From: Squalus acanthias
Lineage: Eukaryota
Length of the DNA stretch: 40,634 bases
Assembly: GCA_030390025.1 (NCBI GenBank)
Contig: JASTWF010000364.1
Coordinates: 434,001-474,634, forward strand
Direction: 5' to 3'
Within the stretch, counting starts at the first letter, position 1. The number at the start of each line of letters is the position of its first letter. Shown piece after piece: positions 9,622-22,474 of this stretch. The notes beneath the pieces are model-generated. The model was not told the DNA's origin. It saw nothing but the letters and a program-made list of their open reading frames with translations, and searched no databases. The position numbers were made by a program, and so were the translations under genes.

Positions 9622-12600
9622 ATGAACGTGTTCAGTGACAGAGACTTGTGGGAATCTTCAGGCTGTGCAGCTTGGAGAGAGGGGACACAGAGGAATCCCT
9701 CCTGTACAGGTGCACAGGAGGGAAAGGACCCACCGTGGCGCAAGGGGGTAGGAATGGGGTTACTGATGGTGTGGCGGACTATTCCCACGAGGGAAAATGG
9801 CCGGGGTCCAACTCAACCCGGTTCGCCAGCAGCGAGGGGGCTCACCTATGGGGAGACGTCCCTACCTGGCATAATAGGAAATCTAAAAAGGTGACTCAAC
9901 CGTGGATAACAGGGGAAATTAGAGACAGCATAAAATCCAAAGATAGGGCGTATAAAATAGCCAAAAAAAGCGCCAGAGCGGAAGATTGGGAACAGTTTAA
10001 GATAGAGCAAAGGAGGACAAAGGGCTTAATCAAGAGGGGCAAAATAGCTTACGAAAGCAAGTTGGCGGAAAATATAAAAACCAACTCCAAAAGCTTTTAT
10101 AAGTATATCAAGAGGAAAAGACTGGCGAAAACCAAAGTTGGTCCATTGCAGTCAGATACGGGGGAATATATAACGGGAAATAAGGAAATGGCAGACCAAC
10201 TAAATGCATACTTTGGGTCAGTCTTTACGAAGGAAGACACAAAAAACCTCCCTGGAATATCGGGAAAAATAGGGACATTGGCAAAGGAGGAACTGACGCA
10301 AATCAATATCTCTAAGGATATGGTGTTAAGGAAGCTAAAGGGATTGAAGGCGGACAAATCCCCAGGGCCTGATAACATGCATCCTAGGGTACTGAAGGAG
10401 GTGGCCCTAGAGATAGCGGATGCACTAAGTATGATTTTTCAGAATTCATTAGACTCGGAAACAGTGCCCATGGATTGGAGGGTAGCTAACGTTACCCCAC
10501 TATTCAAAAAGGGGGGTAGGGAAAAAGCAGGTAATTACAGACCTGTAAGCCTTACATCAGTTGTGGGCAAAATGCTGGAGTCCATCATTAAGGATGAAAT
10601 AGCGGAGCACTTAGCAAATGGGGACAGGATAGGACAGAGTCAACATGGATTTACAAAGGGTAAATCGTGCTTGACTAATCTATTGGAATTTTTTGAGGGA
10701 GTAACTGGTAAAATAGATGGGGGAGAGCCAGTAGATGTGGTGTACCTGGACTTCCAAAAGGCCTTCGATAAGGTCCCACATAAAAGATTAGCATGGAAAA
10801 TTGAAGCTCATGGGATGAAGGGGAAAGTATTGACGTGGATAGAGAACTGGCTGTCAGATAGAAAACAGAGAGTTGGAATAAACGGCTCATTTTCTGAATG
10901 GCAGGCAGTAACAAGTGGGGTACCACAGGGATCTGTCCTGGGTCCCCAGCTGTTCACAATTTACATTAATGACCTGGATCAGGGAGTCGGATGCAGCATT
11001 TCCAAATTTGCAGACGACACTAAACTAGGAGGGGGGGGTGGGCTCAGAGGAGGAGACCAGGAAGCTCCAGAGCGATTTGGACAGACTGGGTGATTGGGCG
11101 GATAAATGGCAGATGCACTATAATGTGGACAAGTGCGAAGTTATCCACCTTGGGTGCAGGAACGGGAGGGCAAATTATTATTTAAATGGCAATAAATTGG
11201 GAGAGGGGGAAGTACAGAGAGACCTGGGTGTTCTTGTACACCAGTCACTGAAGGCGAGCATGCAGGTGCAACAGGCGGTCAAGAAGGCAAACGGTATGCT
11301 GGCCTTCATAGCAAAAGGGCTGGAATACAGGAACAGGGATACCTTGCTGCAGCTGTACAGGGCACTGGTGAGACCACACCTCGAGTACTGTGTACAGTTT
11401 TGGTCGCCTCATCTGAGGAAAGATGTTCTTGCCATGGAGGGGGTGCAGCGGCGATTCACCAGGCTGATGCCAGGAATGGCGGGATTGACCTATGAGGAGA
11501 GACTATGTAGTTTAGGGATGTACACACTGGAGTTTAGAAGATTGAGAGGGGACCTCATAGAAGTGTATAAAATTCTGACAGGTCTAGACAGACTAGATGC
11601 AGAAGGAATGTTTCCCTTGGCGGGTGAGAACAGAACTAGGAGGACATAATTTAAGGATAAGGGCTAAACCATTTAGGACAGAAATGAGGGGGAATTTCTT
11701 CACTCAGAGGGTGGTGAACCTGTGGAACTCATTGCCACAGAGGGCAGTGTACGCCAGCTCATTAAATATATTTAAGAGGAAATTAGATATATTTCTACAA
11801 GCAAAAGGGGTTAAGGGTTACGGAGAGAAGGCGGGGACGGGATACTGAATTGGAGGATCAGCCATGATCTCATTAAATGGCGGAGCAGGCTCGAAGGGCC
11901 GGATGGCCTACTCCTGCTCCTATCTCCTATCTCCTATCTCCTACCGTGCCTTGAGCTGCAAGTTACGGCCACACAGGTGAGGGTACGGAGGGAGGTGTTG
12001 TAGTGTGCTGGCACAAGTGGTGGAGAGAGGAGGAAGGCCTCTATGTATGTATGTGGGGTTCAGAAAGAATCTGCCCGACCAGCGTGTCAATCGCATTCGA
12101 GGCGATGGCAGGATTCTGGGGCTGGAATGAGCTGGGAACGGAGTATCGACTCCTGTGTCATCCCAGACCCCCCCCAATACTATAAACGCCACTGAGCTGC
12201 TAGCGCGTGAGGTAAAGCCTCCTCCCACAGCCGTCCCAGTGCCGGAGACGGAAGATAGATGCCCCACCTGGGCCTAGAAATGGTTCAGTATTAGTCCCCA
12301 CCGGTACGGTCTTATACCACGATGTACACTACTCGGTCGCTTCAGTGATTTTAAACCTGACCCAGGTACAAATGCCACGGTGGTGTCCAGCGAAAACAGA
12401 GCGGTTGTATGAAGTATTGCTCAAGGAAATGTTTAAAAAGTTTGATGAATTGAGTTACGGTGGTGTGGATTGGGATGGTTTATACGATGTACATCGCGGG
12501 GGTTCGGGAGGTATCAGAGAGGGCTGGTGAATGATGCGGCAACGGCCTTCCGCACTGGCACGTCCATTATTAACAGTATGGACGATGCTCAGTTGCAAAT

Positions 12601-12968
12601 GCAGGTAAATACCTTAAGGGACCGACTGCGAAAGATACTGGGAGACGGTAACCCCAGAGGGGTCAGAGTTGCGGGAAGACCAGGCCATGACCATTCACCT
12701 GAAGGAGGTCATAGCAGAGCTGGAGGCCCACGCTCGGACTATCAACAGTCTGATTGGTGAAGATCGAAACGCCTCAGCTCAGGCGGCACGAAATGATGCG
12801 AGTGTGTTGTACGGTGCTCGGTTGCTGACTGAAGGACGCAGTCATTTGGAGGACCTTCAGCAAGGCCGCGTTCCTTCATGGGTCAGCAACAGGCACCTCA
12901 CCGCGCTCAGCCCATACAAGGGGTCGATGAGCCCGTGCCAACTCCGACAGGCCTCAGAGGCGTACCCA
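9622..12968 (+). pseudogene. env: env of older element (interrupted by CR1 9867-11945, internally deleted, 3'-truncated)
   Basis: HEGKWPG..NST ~ HKGRWPG..NST; joining 9866 to 11946 restores ETSLPCL ~ ETSLMCP; EEGLYVCMWG; SVILNLT; RYQR/GLVNDA; LEDLQQGRVPSWVSN; 5' boundary approximate. Confidence 0.88.
9867..11945 (+). mobile_element. 5'-truncated CR1 LINE inserted in env
   Basis: ORF2 RT ([32 protein letters not shown]) with frameshifts at the G run near 11030 and near 11640; stop at 11848; (CTCCTAT)n tail; CCTACC duplicated at 9861-9866 and 11940-11945. Confidence 0.96.
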
Positions 12969-13897
12969 AGTCAGGATAGTGTGAGACTTGGAGGGGAACT
13001 GGGAGGTGATGCTGTTCCCATGCACCTGCTGCCCTTGTCCTTCTAGGTGGTGGAGGTCGCGTGTTTGGGAGGTTCTGTCAAAGTTCGAGTCAAGTTGCAG
13101 ATGTATAAAGTCGCTCTCCTTCACCCCTCCCCCTCCCACCTCGCTCCCTCTCCTCCCAGAGTCTTGTGTAGGCCCAGACCGGGTGGCAGGTTCCGTTCCC
13201 TGAAGGACATTAGTGAACCAGTTGGGTTTTTACGACAATCCGGCAGCTTTCATGGTCACTTTTTTCTGGTGCTGGCCCCACAAATTCCCAGATTCATTCA
13301 GCTCAATTTCACAACCTGCCTTTGTGTTTTTGTGGGTTCTCTCTCACCCTCCTTTTTCCTGTTTTAAATTCATTTTACAGGGTCTTAGAAGGGGAGAATT
13401 TGCAGACAGGAAACTCAAACCAAACATCACTTCAAGATCTGACAGTCACTCGATTCATCAGGACCTTGGAACATGGAAGCAGAAAGCACCGTTCAGAGCG
13501 GGGAGAAACCGTACACGTGTTGTGTGTGTGGACGAGGCTTCAGCCGATCATCTTGCCTGTCGAGACACAAGCACAGTCACACCGGGGAGAGGCCGTTCAC
13601 CTGCTCCGAGTGTGGGAAGGGATTCGCTCAATCATCCAACCTGCTGACACACCAGCGAGTTCACACAGGGGAGAGACCTTTTAAATGCCCGGTCTGTGGA
13701 AAGTGTTATAAAAGTCCCGGGGAACTGATGTGTCTATGATACATGGTGTACCCCAGGACAGCGCACACATGCACAGTGGAAGGGGTATGGGACGTGGAGG
13801 AGGGACTCAGGGCCGGGACATCTGCGTGGATGGTTCCAGTACCGTGTCCAACGGGGAGCGGCTCACAGGTTGTGGGATTTATGACCCGACTGCTCAG
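12966..13897 (+). repeat. About 930-bp block, copy 2
   Basis: Direct repeat of 6669-7600; truncates the older env on the left and abuts CR1 ORF1 on the right. Confidence 0.93.
13473..13739 (+). pseudogene. C2H2 zinc-finger exon, truncated (copy 2)
   Basis: 88-aa ORF identical to copy 1 except QSSD to QSSN; acceptor TTTTACAG ending 13380. Confidence 0.9.
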
Positions 13898-16800
13898 TTT
13901 GTTGTTTGATATGGTTCTGTTAAAGGAGTATGAGCAGATAGGGGTCAAATTAAAAAACAGAACCTCAAGGGTAATAATCTCTGGATTATTACCTGAGCCA
14001 CGAGCGAATTTGGCTAGGACAAATAAAATTAGAGAGTTAAATGAGTGGCTCAAAGACTGGTGTGGGAGAAATGGATTTTGCTTCCTGGGACACTGGCACC
14101 AGTGATGGGGCAGGAGGGAGCTGTTCCGTTGGGACGGGCTTCACTTGGCCAGTGCTGGGACTAGAGTCCTAGCGGATCATATAACTAGGGCTGTAGAGAG
14201 GGCTTTAAACTAACTAGTGGGGGGGGGGGGGGGGGTTCCTAGAGAGCAAATAATAAAAACAACAGAGAAGGTCATAGACTTAGGTAGCAGTGGGGAAATT
14301 AAAAACCAGAGTGTGTCAGGAAGGGTCAGAAGGTATGGAGTAAAAGGTAAAGTAATAAAAAGGGCAAAAGCAGGAACTAAGTGTCACAAAACATATTTGA
14401 AAGTTCTCTATCTGAATGCACGTAGCATTCGAAACAAAATAGATGAGTTAATGGCACAAATAACTACATCTGGGTATGATCTTGTGGCCATTACAGAAAC
14501 ATGGCTGCAGGGTGACAATGCCTGGGAATTAAACATACCAGGTTATTTAACGATCAGGAAGGAAGGGGAGGTGGGGTGGCTATGTTAATAAAGGAAGGAA
14601 TCACTAATACAGAGAAATTATATTGGGTCAAAAGATCAGGATAATGAACCAGTTTGGGTGGAGATAAGGAATACTAAGGGGAAAAAAACTAGTGGGCGTA
14701 GTCTATAGGCCTCCGAACAGTTGCAACTCTGTTGGACGGAGTATCAATCAGGAAATAGTTGAGGCTTGTAATAAGGGAATATCTATAATTATGGGGGATT
14801 TTAACTATCATATTAATTGGACAAATCAAATTGGGCAGGGCTGCCTTGAGGATGAGTTAATTGAGTGTATTAGGGATGGGTTTCTTGAGCAGTATGTAAC
14901 TGAACCGACCAGGGGGCAAGCAATCTTAGATCTGGTCCTGTGTAACGAGACAGGATTAATTAAAAATGTCCTAGTAAAGGATCCCCTTGGAATGAGTGAC
15001 CATAACATGGTTGAATTCCATATTCAATTAGAGGGTGAGAAGGTTAGATCTCAAACAAGCATGCTAAGCTTGAATAAAGGAGACTATGAAGGTATTTGAG
15101 CGGAATTGAGTAGAGTGGATTGGGAAAATAGATTAAAGGGTAAGACGACACATGATCAGTGGTGTACATTCAAGGAGTTATTTTACAACTTCCAAAAAAA
15201 TATATATTCCGAGAAGAAAAGGGTGTAAAAGAAAAAAGACAGTCATCCGTGGCTAAGTAAAGAAATTAAGGATAGTATTTGACTAAAAACAAGGGTTATA
15301 AAGGTAGCCAAATCTAGTGGGAGGACAGAGGATTGGGAAAACTTTAAAAGGCAGCAAAAAATATCAAAAAGATTGATTAAGAAAGGGAAGATAGATTATG
15401 AAAGTAAATTAGCAAAAAATATAAAAACAGATAGTAAGAGTTTTTATAGTTATATAAAAAGAAAAAGGGTGGCTAAAGTAAATGTTGGTCCCTCAGAGGA
15501 TGAGACCGGGAAATTAATGGTGGGAAATATGGAGATGGCAAATACACTGAATGAATATTTTGTATCAGTCTTTACAGTAGAGAACACTAAGAATGCCCCA
15601 ACACTGGACAAACAGGAAGCTATGGGGGGTGGGGGGGGGGGGAAGGAGCTAAACACGATCAACATCACTAAGGAAGTGATACTCGGTAAAATAATGGGAC
15701 TCAAGGCGGATAAATCACCTGGACCTGATGGCTTACATCCTAGGGTCTTGAGGGAAGTGACGGTTGGGATTGTGGATGTATTGGTAATAATTTTCCAAAA
15801 CTCCCTGGACTCAGCAAAGATCCCGGCAGACTGGAAAACTGCTAATGTAACACCCTTATTTAAAAAGGGCAGTAGACAGAAGGCTGGAAACTATAGACCG
15901 GTTAGCCTAACATCTGTGGTAGGTAAAATTTTGGAGTCCATTATTAAGGAGACAGTAACGGGACATTTGGATAATCATAATTTAATAGGACAAAGTCAGC
16001 ATGGTTTTATGAAGGGGAAGTCATGTTTGACAAATTTGCTGGAGTTCTTTGAGGAAGTAACATACAGGGTGGATAAAGGGGAACCAGTGGATGTGGTGTA
16101 TTTAGACTTCCAAAAGGCATTTGACAAGGTGCCACACAAGATTATTGCTTAAGATAAAAAAATCACAGGATTGGCGGTAATAGTCTGGCATGGATAGAGG
16201 ATTGGCTATCTAACAGAAAGCAAAGAGTTGGGATAAATGGTTCATTCTCAGACTGGCAATCAGTAACTAGTGGTGTTCCGCAGGGGTCAGTGCTGTATCC
16301 CCAACTCTTTACAATCTATATTAACGATTTGGAGGAGGGGACCGAGTAACATATCAAAGTTTGCAGATGATACTAAGATGGGAGGGAAAGTAGTGAGTGA
16401 GGAGGACATAAAAAATCTGCAAGGGGACATAGACAGGCTAAGTAAGTGGGCAGAGATTTGGCAGATGGAATACAATACTGGAAAGTGTGAGGTTATGCAC
16501 TTTGGCAGGAAAAATAGTAGAGCAAGTTATTATCTTAATGGCAAGAAACTGGAAAGTACTGAAGTACAAAGGGATCTGGGGGTCCTGGTGCATGAAACTC
16601 AAAAGGTTAGTATGCAGGTGCAGCAAGTGATTAAGAAGGCCAATGGAATGTTGGCTTTCATTGCTAGGGGGATAGAATATAAAAATAGGGAGGTATTGCT
16701 TCAGTTGTACAAGGTATTGGTGAGACCGCACCTGGAATACTGCATACAGTTTTGGTGTCCATACTTAAGACATACTTGCTCTCGAGTCAGTACAAAGAAG

Positions 16801-17406
16801 GTTCACTCGGTTAATCCCGGGGATGAGGGGATGGACATATGAGGAGAGGTTGGGTAGATTGGGACTCTACTCATTGGAGTTAAGAATGAGAGGCGATCTT
16901 ATTGAAACATATAAGATTGTGAAGGGGTTGGATCGGGTGGATGCGGGAAGGATGTTCCCGATGATGGGTGAAACTAGAACTAGGGGGCATAGTCTCAGAA
17001 TAAGGGGCTGCTCTTTCAAAACTGAGATGAGAAGGAACTACTTCACTGAGGGTGGTAGGTCCATGGAATATGCTGCCCCAAAAAGCTGTAGAAGCTACAT
17101 CATTACATAAATTTAAAACAGAAATAGACAGTTTCCTAGAAGTAAAGGGAATTAAGGGTTATGGGGAGCGGGCAGGAATTTGGACATGAGTCTTGGTTCG
17201 GATCGGTCATGGCCCTGTGGGTAGCGGAGCGGGCCCAGGGGCCGTGTAGCCTGATCCTGCTCCTATTTCGTGTGTCCAATTCTGTTAGATTCAGGAGATG
17301 GTTCTGTGATAGTAGATTGGCGGTTAGGATCAGATCAGCCATGATCTTATTGAATGGTGGAGCAGGCTCGAGGGGCCAATTGGCCTACTCCTGCTCCTAT
17401 TTCTTA
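13898..17406 (+). mobile_element. Near full-length degraded CR1 LINE (ORF1 esterase C-half, ORF2 APE + RT, 3' UTR)
   Basis: ORF1 SGNH-esterase-like VIISGLLP..WDGLHL ending about 14213; ORF2 YLNARS, ITETWL, YRPP, MGDFN, SDH endonuclease motifs, then RT motifs; multiple stops and frameshifts. Confidence 0.96.
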
Positions 17407-17518
17407 TGGTAACCAGGAATCGCCCAACAGGTTGTGTGTATTGCACGGGGTATAAACATGCTGAACTTTGGGGATGCAGGGCTTTTTGGCTGTTGCTTGC
17501 CTGCTTTTTTCTACCATC

Positions 17519-18182
17519 TGTAACGGGGTTCTCCGCGTAACTACGCGTCCGCCAACTCTCCAGGAACGCTCGAAGGTGAGTGCCTCGCCGTACCGCCTGA
17601 ACGTAACTCTAGGCCTCATCGCATGCCTCTGTTAGGCACGGTTTTGTCTCGAGTCGAACGGAGCCGGGACCGCGTGAATCAATGACAAGGGCTGGTAATT
17701 ATATCCAGCATACACCTCTCGAAATCCCCAGGACCGCCCGCGTGTTTGGCTGCTGAGGAACTGCAAGTGTCCAAGACACAGGCGTGTGTGTGCATGCATG
17801 TGAGGAGGCTTCCAAGTGTGGGTTCTGACCAGACCAAGAGAGGGGTTTAGTTAGAAGGGTTTTTCCATTATCTAGGCTTAGATTCTGGGAAGGGGTTTGG
17901 TTCAGCATAACCAAACAGGGTGGGTATTTTAGTCTACGGTTATAAGCTCGTGTCCACGGTCACCTACTCGTTCTGCCGTAGGCGAGAGGAGTAGGGATGG
18001 TCGTTTGAGTGTAATAAAAGGAATCGATCTTTGACCCAACCTGAACCATTTCGTTTTGTCTGAATCATTTATAATCTATCCATAGTAACTCCTTGGGTCC
18101 GAACTTAAGGGTTGTGGGACTTGTGGTTCACGGTATAATTCGGAAGACCAACCAGGTGGCATCCGGTCATGGCCGGGTTACA
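17519..18182 (+). mobile_element. Possible solo LTR
   Basis: TGTAAC...GTTACA 6-bp inverted termini, AATAAA near 18013, non-coding; but flanks (CATC / CAGT) do not form a clean TSD. Confidence 0.4.
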
Positions 18183-18411
18183 CAGTAATCCCGCTGGGGA
18201 CGCTGCGCATTGGGCAGAGGAGACGACCTATCTGGCCTTGGTCTCTCTCTGTGGGATTACCCGCTAATCGACGGGCTGGGCAGGGACTATTGGCAAAATC
18301 TCCAGCCGTCCAAGGGAAACAGCCCAAACCGGGGAGTTTGAGGCACGGGTCGACTCAAGGGAGAGTCACAGAAACACGGGGCACGCAAAAACACCCTACA
18401 CATCACAAATC

Positions 18412-19005
18412 CCTAACCAACATCCTGAGGGTCGCCATTGACCAGAAACTTAACTGGACCAGCCACATAAATACTGTGGCTACAAGAGCAGGTCAGAGGC
18501 TGGGTATTCTACAGCGAGTGTCTCACCTCCTGACTCCCCAAAGCCTTTCCACCATCTACAAGGCACAATCAGGTGTGTGATGGAATACTCTCCACTTGAC
18601 TGGATGAGTGCAGCTCCAACACAAGAAGCTTGACACCATCGAAGACAAAGCAGCCCACCTGATTGGCACCCCATCCACCACCTTAAACATTCACTCTCTC
18701 CACCACCGGCGCACCGTGGTTGCAGTGTGTACCATCTACAAGATGCACTGCAGCAACTCACCAAGGCTTCTTCGGCAGCACCTCCCAAACCCGTGACCTC
18801 TTCCACCTAGAAGGACAAGGGCAGCAGGTGCATGGGAACACCACCACCTCTAAGTCACACATCATCCCAACTTGGAAATCTATCGCCAGTCCTTCATCGT
18901 CGCTGGGTCAAAATCCTGGAACTCGCTCCCTAACAGCACGGTAGTTCAAGTAGGCAGCTCACCAACATCTTCTCAAGAACAATTAGGGATGGGCAATAAA
19001 TGCTT
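18412..19005 (+). mobile_element. LINE (CR1/L2-group, second family) 3' fragment
   Basis: NILRVAIDQKLNWTSHINTVATRAGQRLGIL RT C-terminal motif; ends CAATTAGGGATGGGCAATAAATGC. Confidence 0.85.
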
Positions 19006-19109
19006 GTCTTACTAGTATGTGGGAAAAGATTGATTGTCTTCCAAACTGCTGATACACCAGCGAATTCAAATGTGACTGCACCTGCTCCTAATTCGTATGT
19101 TCATATGTA

Positions 19110-20145
19110 ATGGAGGGAAAACTCTCCACTGGCTCGAGTCATACTTAGCAAAAAAGGAAGATGGTTGTGGCTGTTGGCAGCCAATCACCTCAGCCCCAGG
19201 ACATCTCTACAGGAGTTCCTCAGGGCAGTGTCCTAGGCCCAACCATCTTCAGCTGCTTCATCAATGACCTTCCCTGTATCATAAGGTCAGAAGTGGGATG
19301 TTTGTTGATGATTGCACAGTGTTCAGCGCCATTTACAACTCCTCAGATAATGAAGCAATCCATGCCCACATGCAGCAAGATCTGGACGTCATTCAGACTT
19401 GGGCTGATAAGTGGCAGACAACATTCGCGCCACACAAGTGCCGGGCAATGATTATCTCCAACAAGAGAGTCTAACCACCGCCCCTTAACATTCAACAGAA
19501 TTACCATCACCAAATCCCCCACCATCAACAGCCTGGGGGTTACTATTGGCCAGAAACTTAACTGGACCAGCCACATGAATACTGTGGCTACAAGAGCAGG
19601 TCAGAGGCTGGGTATTCTGCGGCGAGTGACTCACCTCCTGACTCCCCAAAGCCTTTCCACCATCTACAAGTCACAAGTAAGGAGTGTGATGGAATAGTCT
19701 CCACTTGCCTGGATGAGTGCAGCTCCAACAACACAAGAAGCTCAACACCATCCAGGACAAAGCAGCCCGCTTGATTGGCACCCCATCCACCACCTTAAAC
19801 ATTCACTCCCTCCACCACCGGCGTACCGTGGCTGCAGTGTGTACCATCTACAAGAGGCACTGCAGCAACTCGCCAAGGCTTCTTCAGCTGCACCTCCCAA
19901 ACCCGCGACCTCTTCCACCGAGAAGGACAAGGGCAGCAGGCGCATGGGAAGACCACCACCTCTAAGTCACACACCATCCTGACTTGGAAATATATCCCCA
20001 TTCCTTCATCGTCGCTGGGTCCAAATCCTGGAACTCCCTCCCTAACAGCACTGTGGGAGCACCTTCACCACACGGACTACAGCGGTTCAAGGCAGCGGCT
20101 CACCACCAACTTAAAGGGCAATTAGGGATGGGCAATAAATGCTTG
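19110..20145 (+). mobile_element. LINE (CR1/L2-group, second family) RT and 3' end
   Basis: [21 protein letters not shown] motif; same 3' end as 18412-19005. Confidence 0.88.
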
Positions 20146-20519
20146 TCTTACTAGTAAGTGGGAAAAGATCGATTGTCTTCCAAACTGCTGATACACCAGA
20201 GAATTCAAATGTGACTGCACAAGTTGGATTCTGAGAAGGAAGAAAGACTTGCATTTATATCACGCCTTTCATGACCACCGGACAACTCAAAGCGCGCCAG
20301 AACTAGCGGCACCTCTGAAATCCAGGAAGTGAGGCGAGAGTGACTGCCCTTGACATCAAGGAGCCCTAGTAAAACTGAAGTCAATGGGAATCGGGTGAAC
20401 CCTTGAGGCCGCTGCACAGCGAGTCGTCATGTCCAACCCGCTGTCCCTGGTGAGCTCCTCCTCACCCACCTACGTCAACTGGGGGAGATGAGGTCCGGGA
20501 TTTCGCCGATCCCGCTCGG

Positions 20520-22474
20520 ATTCAGGGAGGCCAGCCTCCGTCACCTCTTCTCCTTCCGGCTCCAGCCCTTCGTTCAGCTGGCGCGGGAGGACACGGAGGG
20601 TGCGTTTTATGTACGAGGGGACAGATTACCGCGTCTTCTGGACGGTGTGCGGTGCCACGTCTAAGGAGGTAGGACACGTATCGAAAAACTGCCCCGCCTC
20701 CAAGGCCGCAAAAACACCTACAGTGGCCGAGGCTGGCGCCGCCACTCCTCCCCCCGTTCCCAACTGCGCTTTGGAACCACTGGATGCGCCGTCGACGTCT
20801 GAGGCCAACGCCATCCGGCCCGGGGGGGGGGGGGGGGGGGGGGGGGGGTGGTGGTGGAGGGAGAGCGTCCAAGCGGAAGGCGCGGAGGATAAACATCTAG
20901 GAGGCAGGTCCCCTTGAAACTGCAACGACCCCGTAATCGCACTTGGCCCAGGAGCCATTGCCGCTTTGGTGAGCACGAAGGTTCCTGTGCCCGAGCCAGT
21001 GACCACACCGACCCCCGCGGAGATTCCAGCACCCGTGGTCGAGCTCGGGCCAGAGAACGAAAAACCAGCAGACATGGAGCTCTCCCGACCTCCGCATCCC
21101 TCCGGAATGAAAAGGAGACGCCGCTCCTTGGAGGTGGGAGGACCTCCTCGCAAAGGGAGTCAGCGCTCGGCACCCGTCGCAGGTCCCCCCACCGACACGC
21201 GCCATCGGCAGGAGGCGCCTGTCCCTCGGGAGGGGGAGACAGATGAGTCTGTCCAGCCTGTGCCTCCCATCCTACGATACCACAACCCTGTCACCGCGCC
21301 GGGTCGAGCGTCCTGGGGACTGAGGTGTGCGAGGCAGACGAGGGTGAGCTTGCCCAATTACAGCTCGAAACTGGTCGAGGATTTTAGCAAAAACACCCAG
21401 CCTGCTGGGGCGGTGGCAGGGAGGGGGTTGGTCTGTCACCGTCACTGGTGCCGGGTGTTTGAGGAACTGGGAATGGTTTACTCCCCGGTTTCTCCATGCA
21501 GCCTGGGGCGGAGGAGGACCCCGAACCGCCGCCACCTCCTGGCCCGGCTCTACTGTCGATCCTGGGGGTGGGATCGGGACAGAGGCAGGGCCGGCTGGCG
21601 CGGGCGAGCCGTTCGCTGCACCCTGTGCGACGACCTCCTGGAGGAGGACGGGGACTCTGGAGGGCACGGGGATGATTTAGACTCCATCGCCAGCGAGGCG
21701 ATGGATGCCCTCGTGCCCCCCCACCACGTCTCCCCTCATCCCGGTCGAGGAACTCCAGGACTTGATGGCAGTGTGCCTGGGTCGTCACAACAAAATCCAG
21801 CTGGCCCTCAACAGGTGGTCAGAGCTGGTGCTGCTCATCGGGTCCGTCCGCACCGCCGTTAAAACAATGGGCGCGGACGAGGGCGTGAGCCCACTCGAGC
21901 TGTGTTAGCTCAGAATGTTCTGCTGAGGGAGTGACTCCGCTCACTCCCCCACGGTAGGTTAGGTAGAGGTTGCACTATGCTCGTCATGAAGATAACCAGC
22001 GCCAGCCTCAACATCAACGGCAGCAGATAGGCACGCCGCAGATTTAATAACTTCTCGGTCCTTCGGGAAGGGAGGTATGCAGTGTGCTTCCTGCAGGAAA
22101 CCCACAGCGTTCAACGAGACAAGGCCACGTTGCTCCTGGAATGGCAAGGAGAGGTCCACACGAGTCACCGCCAACAATTCCTACAGGGTGGCTATCTTGC
22201 TGGCCCCACATTTTAAGCCGGAGATCTTGGGGGTCAAGGAGCCTGTGCCAGGCCGTTTGCTCCAGGTCACTGTTCGCCTGGGGGACGTGCCGCTCCATCT
22301 CGTGAACGTGTACGCCCCCAGACCGGTGCGCAGCAAGTGCGCCTCTATCGATGTCGGCGAATGAGTCATCCTCAGGGGGGATTTTAACTGCACCCTCGAG
22401 GCGAGGGAGTGGTCCGGTCCCCCATGCAGCATGGCGGTGATGGAGAAGTTGAGGGACCTGGTTGGGTCCTTCTA
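20520..22474 (+). mobile_element. Tx1-like (L1 clade) non-LTR retrotransposon, ORF1 remnant and start of ORF2
   Basis: YEGTDYRVFW..GHVSKNCP degenerate zinc knuckle; Pro-rich linker; ORF2 from ATG 21986 MKITSASLNINGSR..CFLQETH..VAILL..LVNVYAP..ILRGDFN (APE endonuclease); boundaries approximate. Confidence 0.8.

Larger units (their letters stand above)
1913..12968 (+). mobile_element. Older degraded endogenous retrovirus-like element (gag-pol-env), same group as 23417-35589, broken by nested insertions
   Basis: Collinear protein similarity to the young provirus in gag (YLQCQVTEAELNE vs FLECQVTEAKLNE), PR/RT, RNase H, IN and env (VNDAATAFRTGTSIIN vs VNDAFTAFNTGTSVVN); its own LTRs are not seen. 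Confidence 0.92.

Noticed and set aside
20240..20520. Short SINE/MITE-like scraps
   Set aside because: Resemble repeat ends but are too short to assign or bound without a library search
20822..20848. Poly-G runs (also 14219-14235 and 40592-40634) as functional G-quadruplex elements
   Set aside because: Pure homopolymers inside decayed repeats; lengths are unreliable and may be sequencing artefacts
20522..21908. Many overlapping GC-rich ORFs as genes
   Set aside because: Frameshifted remains and shadows of Tx1-like ORF1 in stop-poor GC-rich sequence
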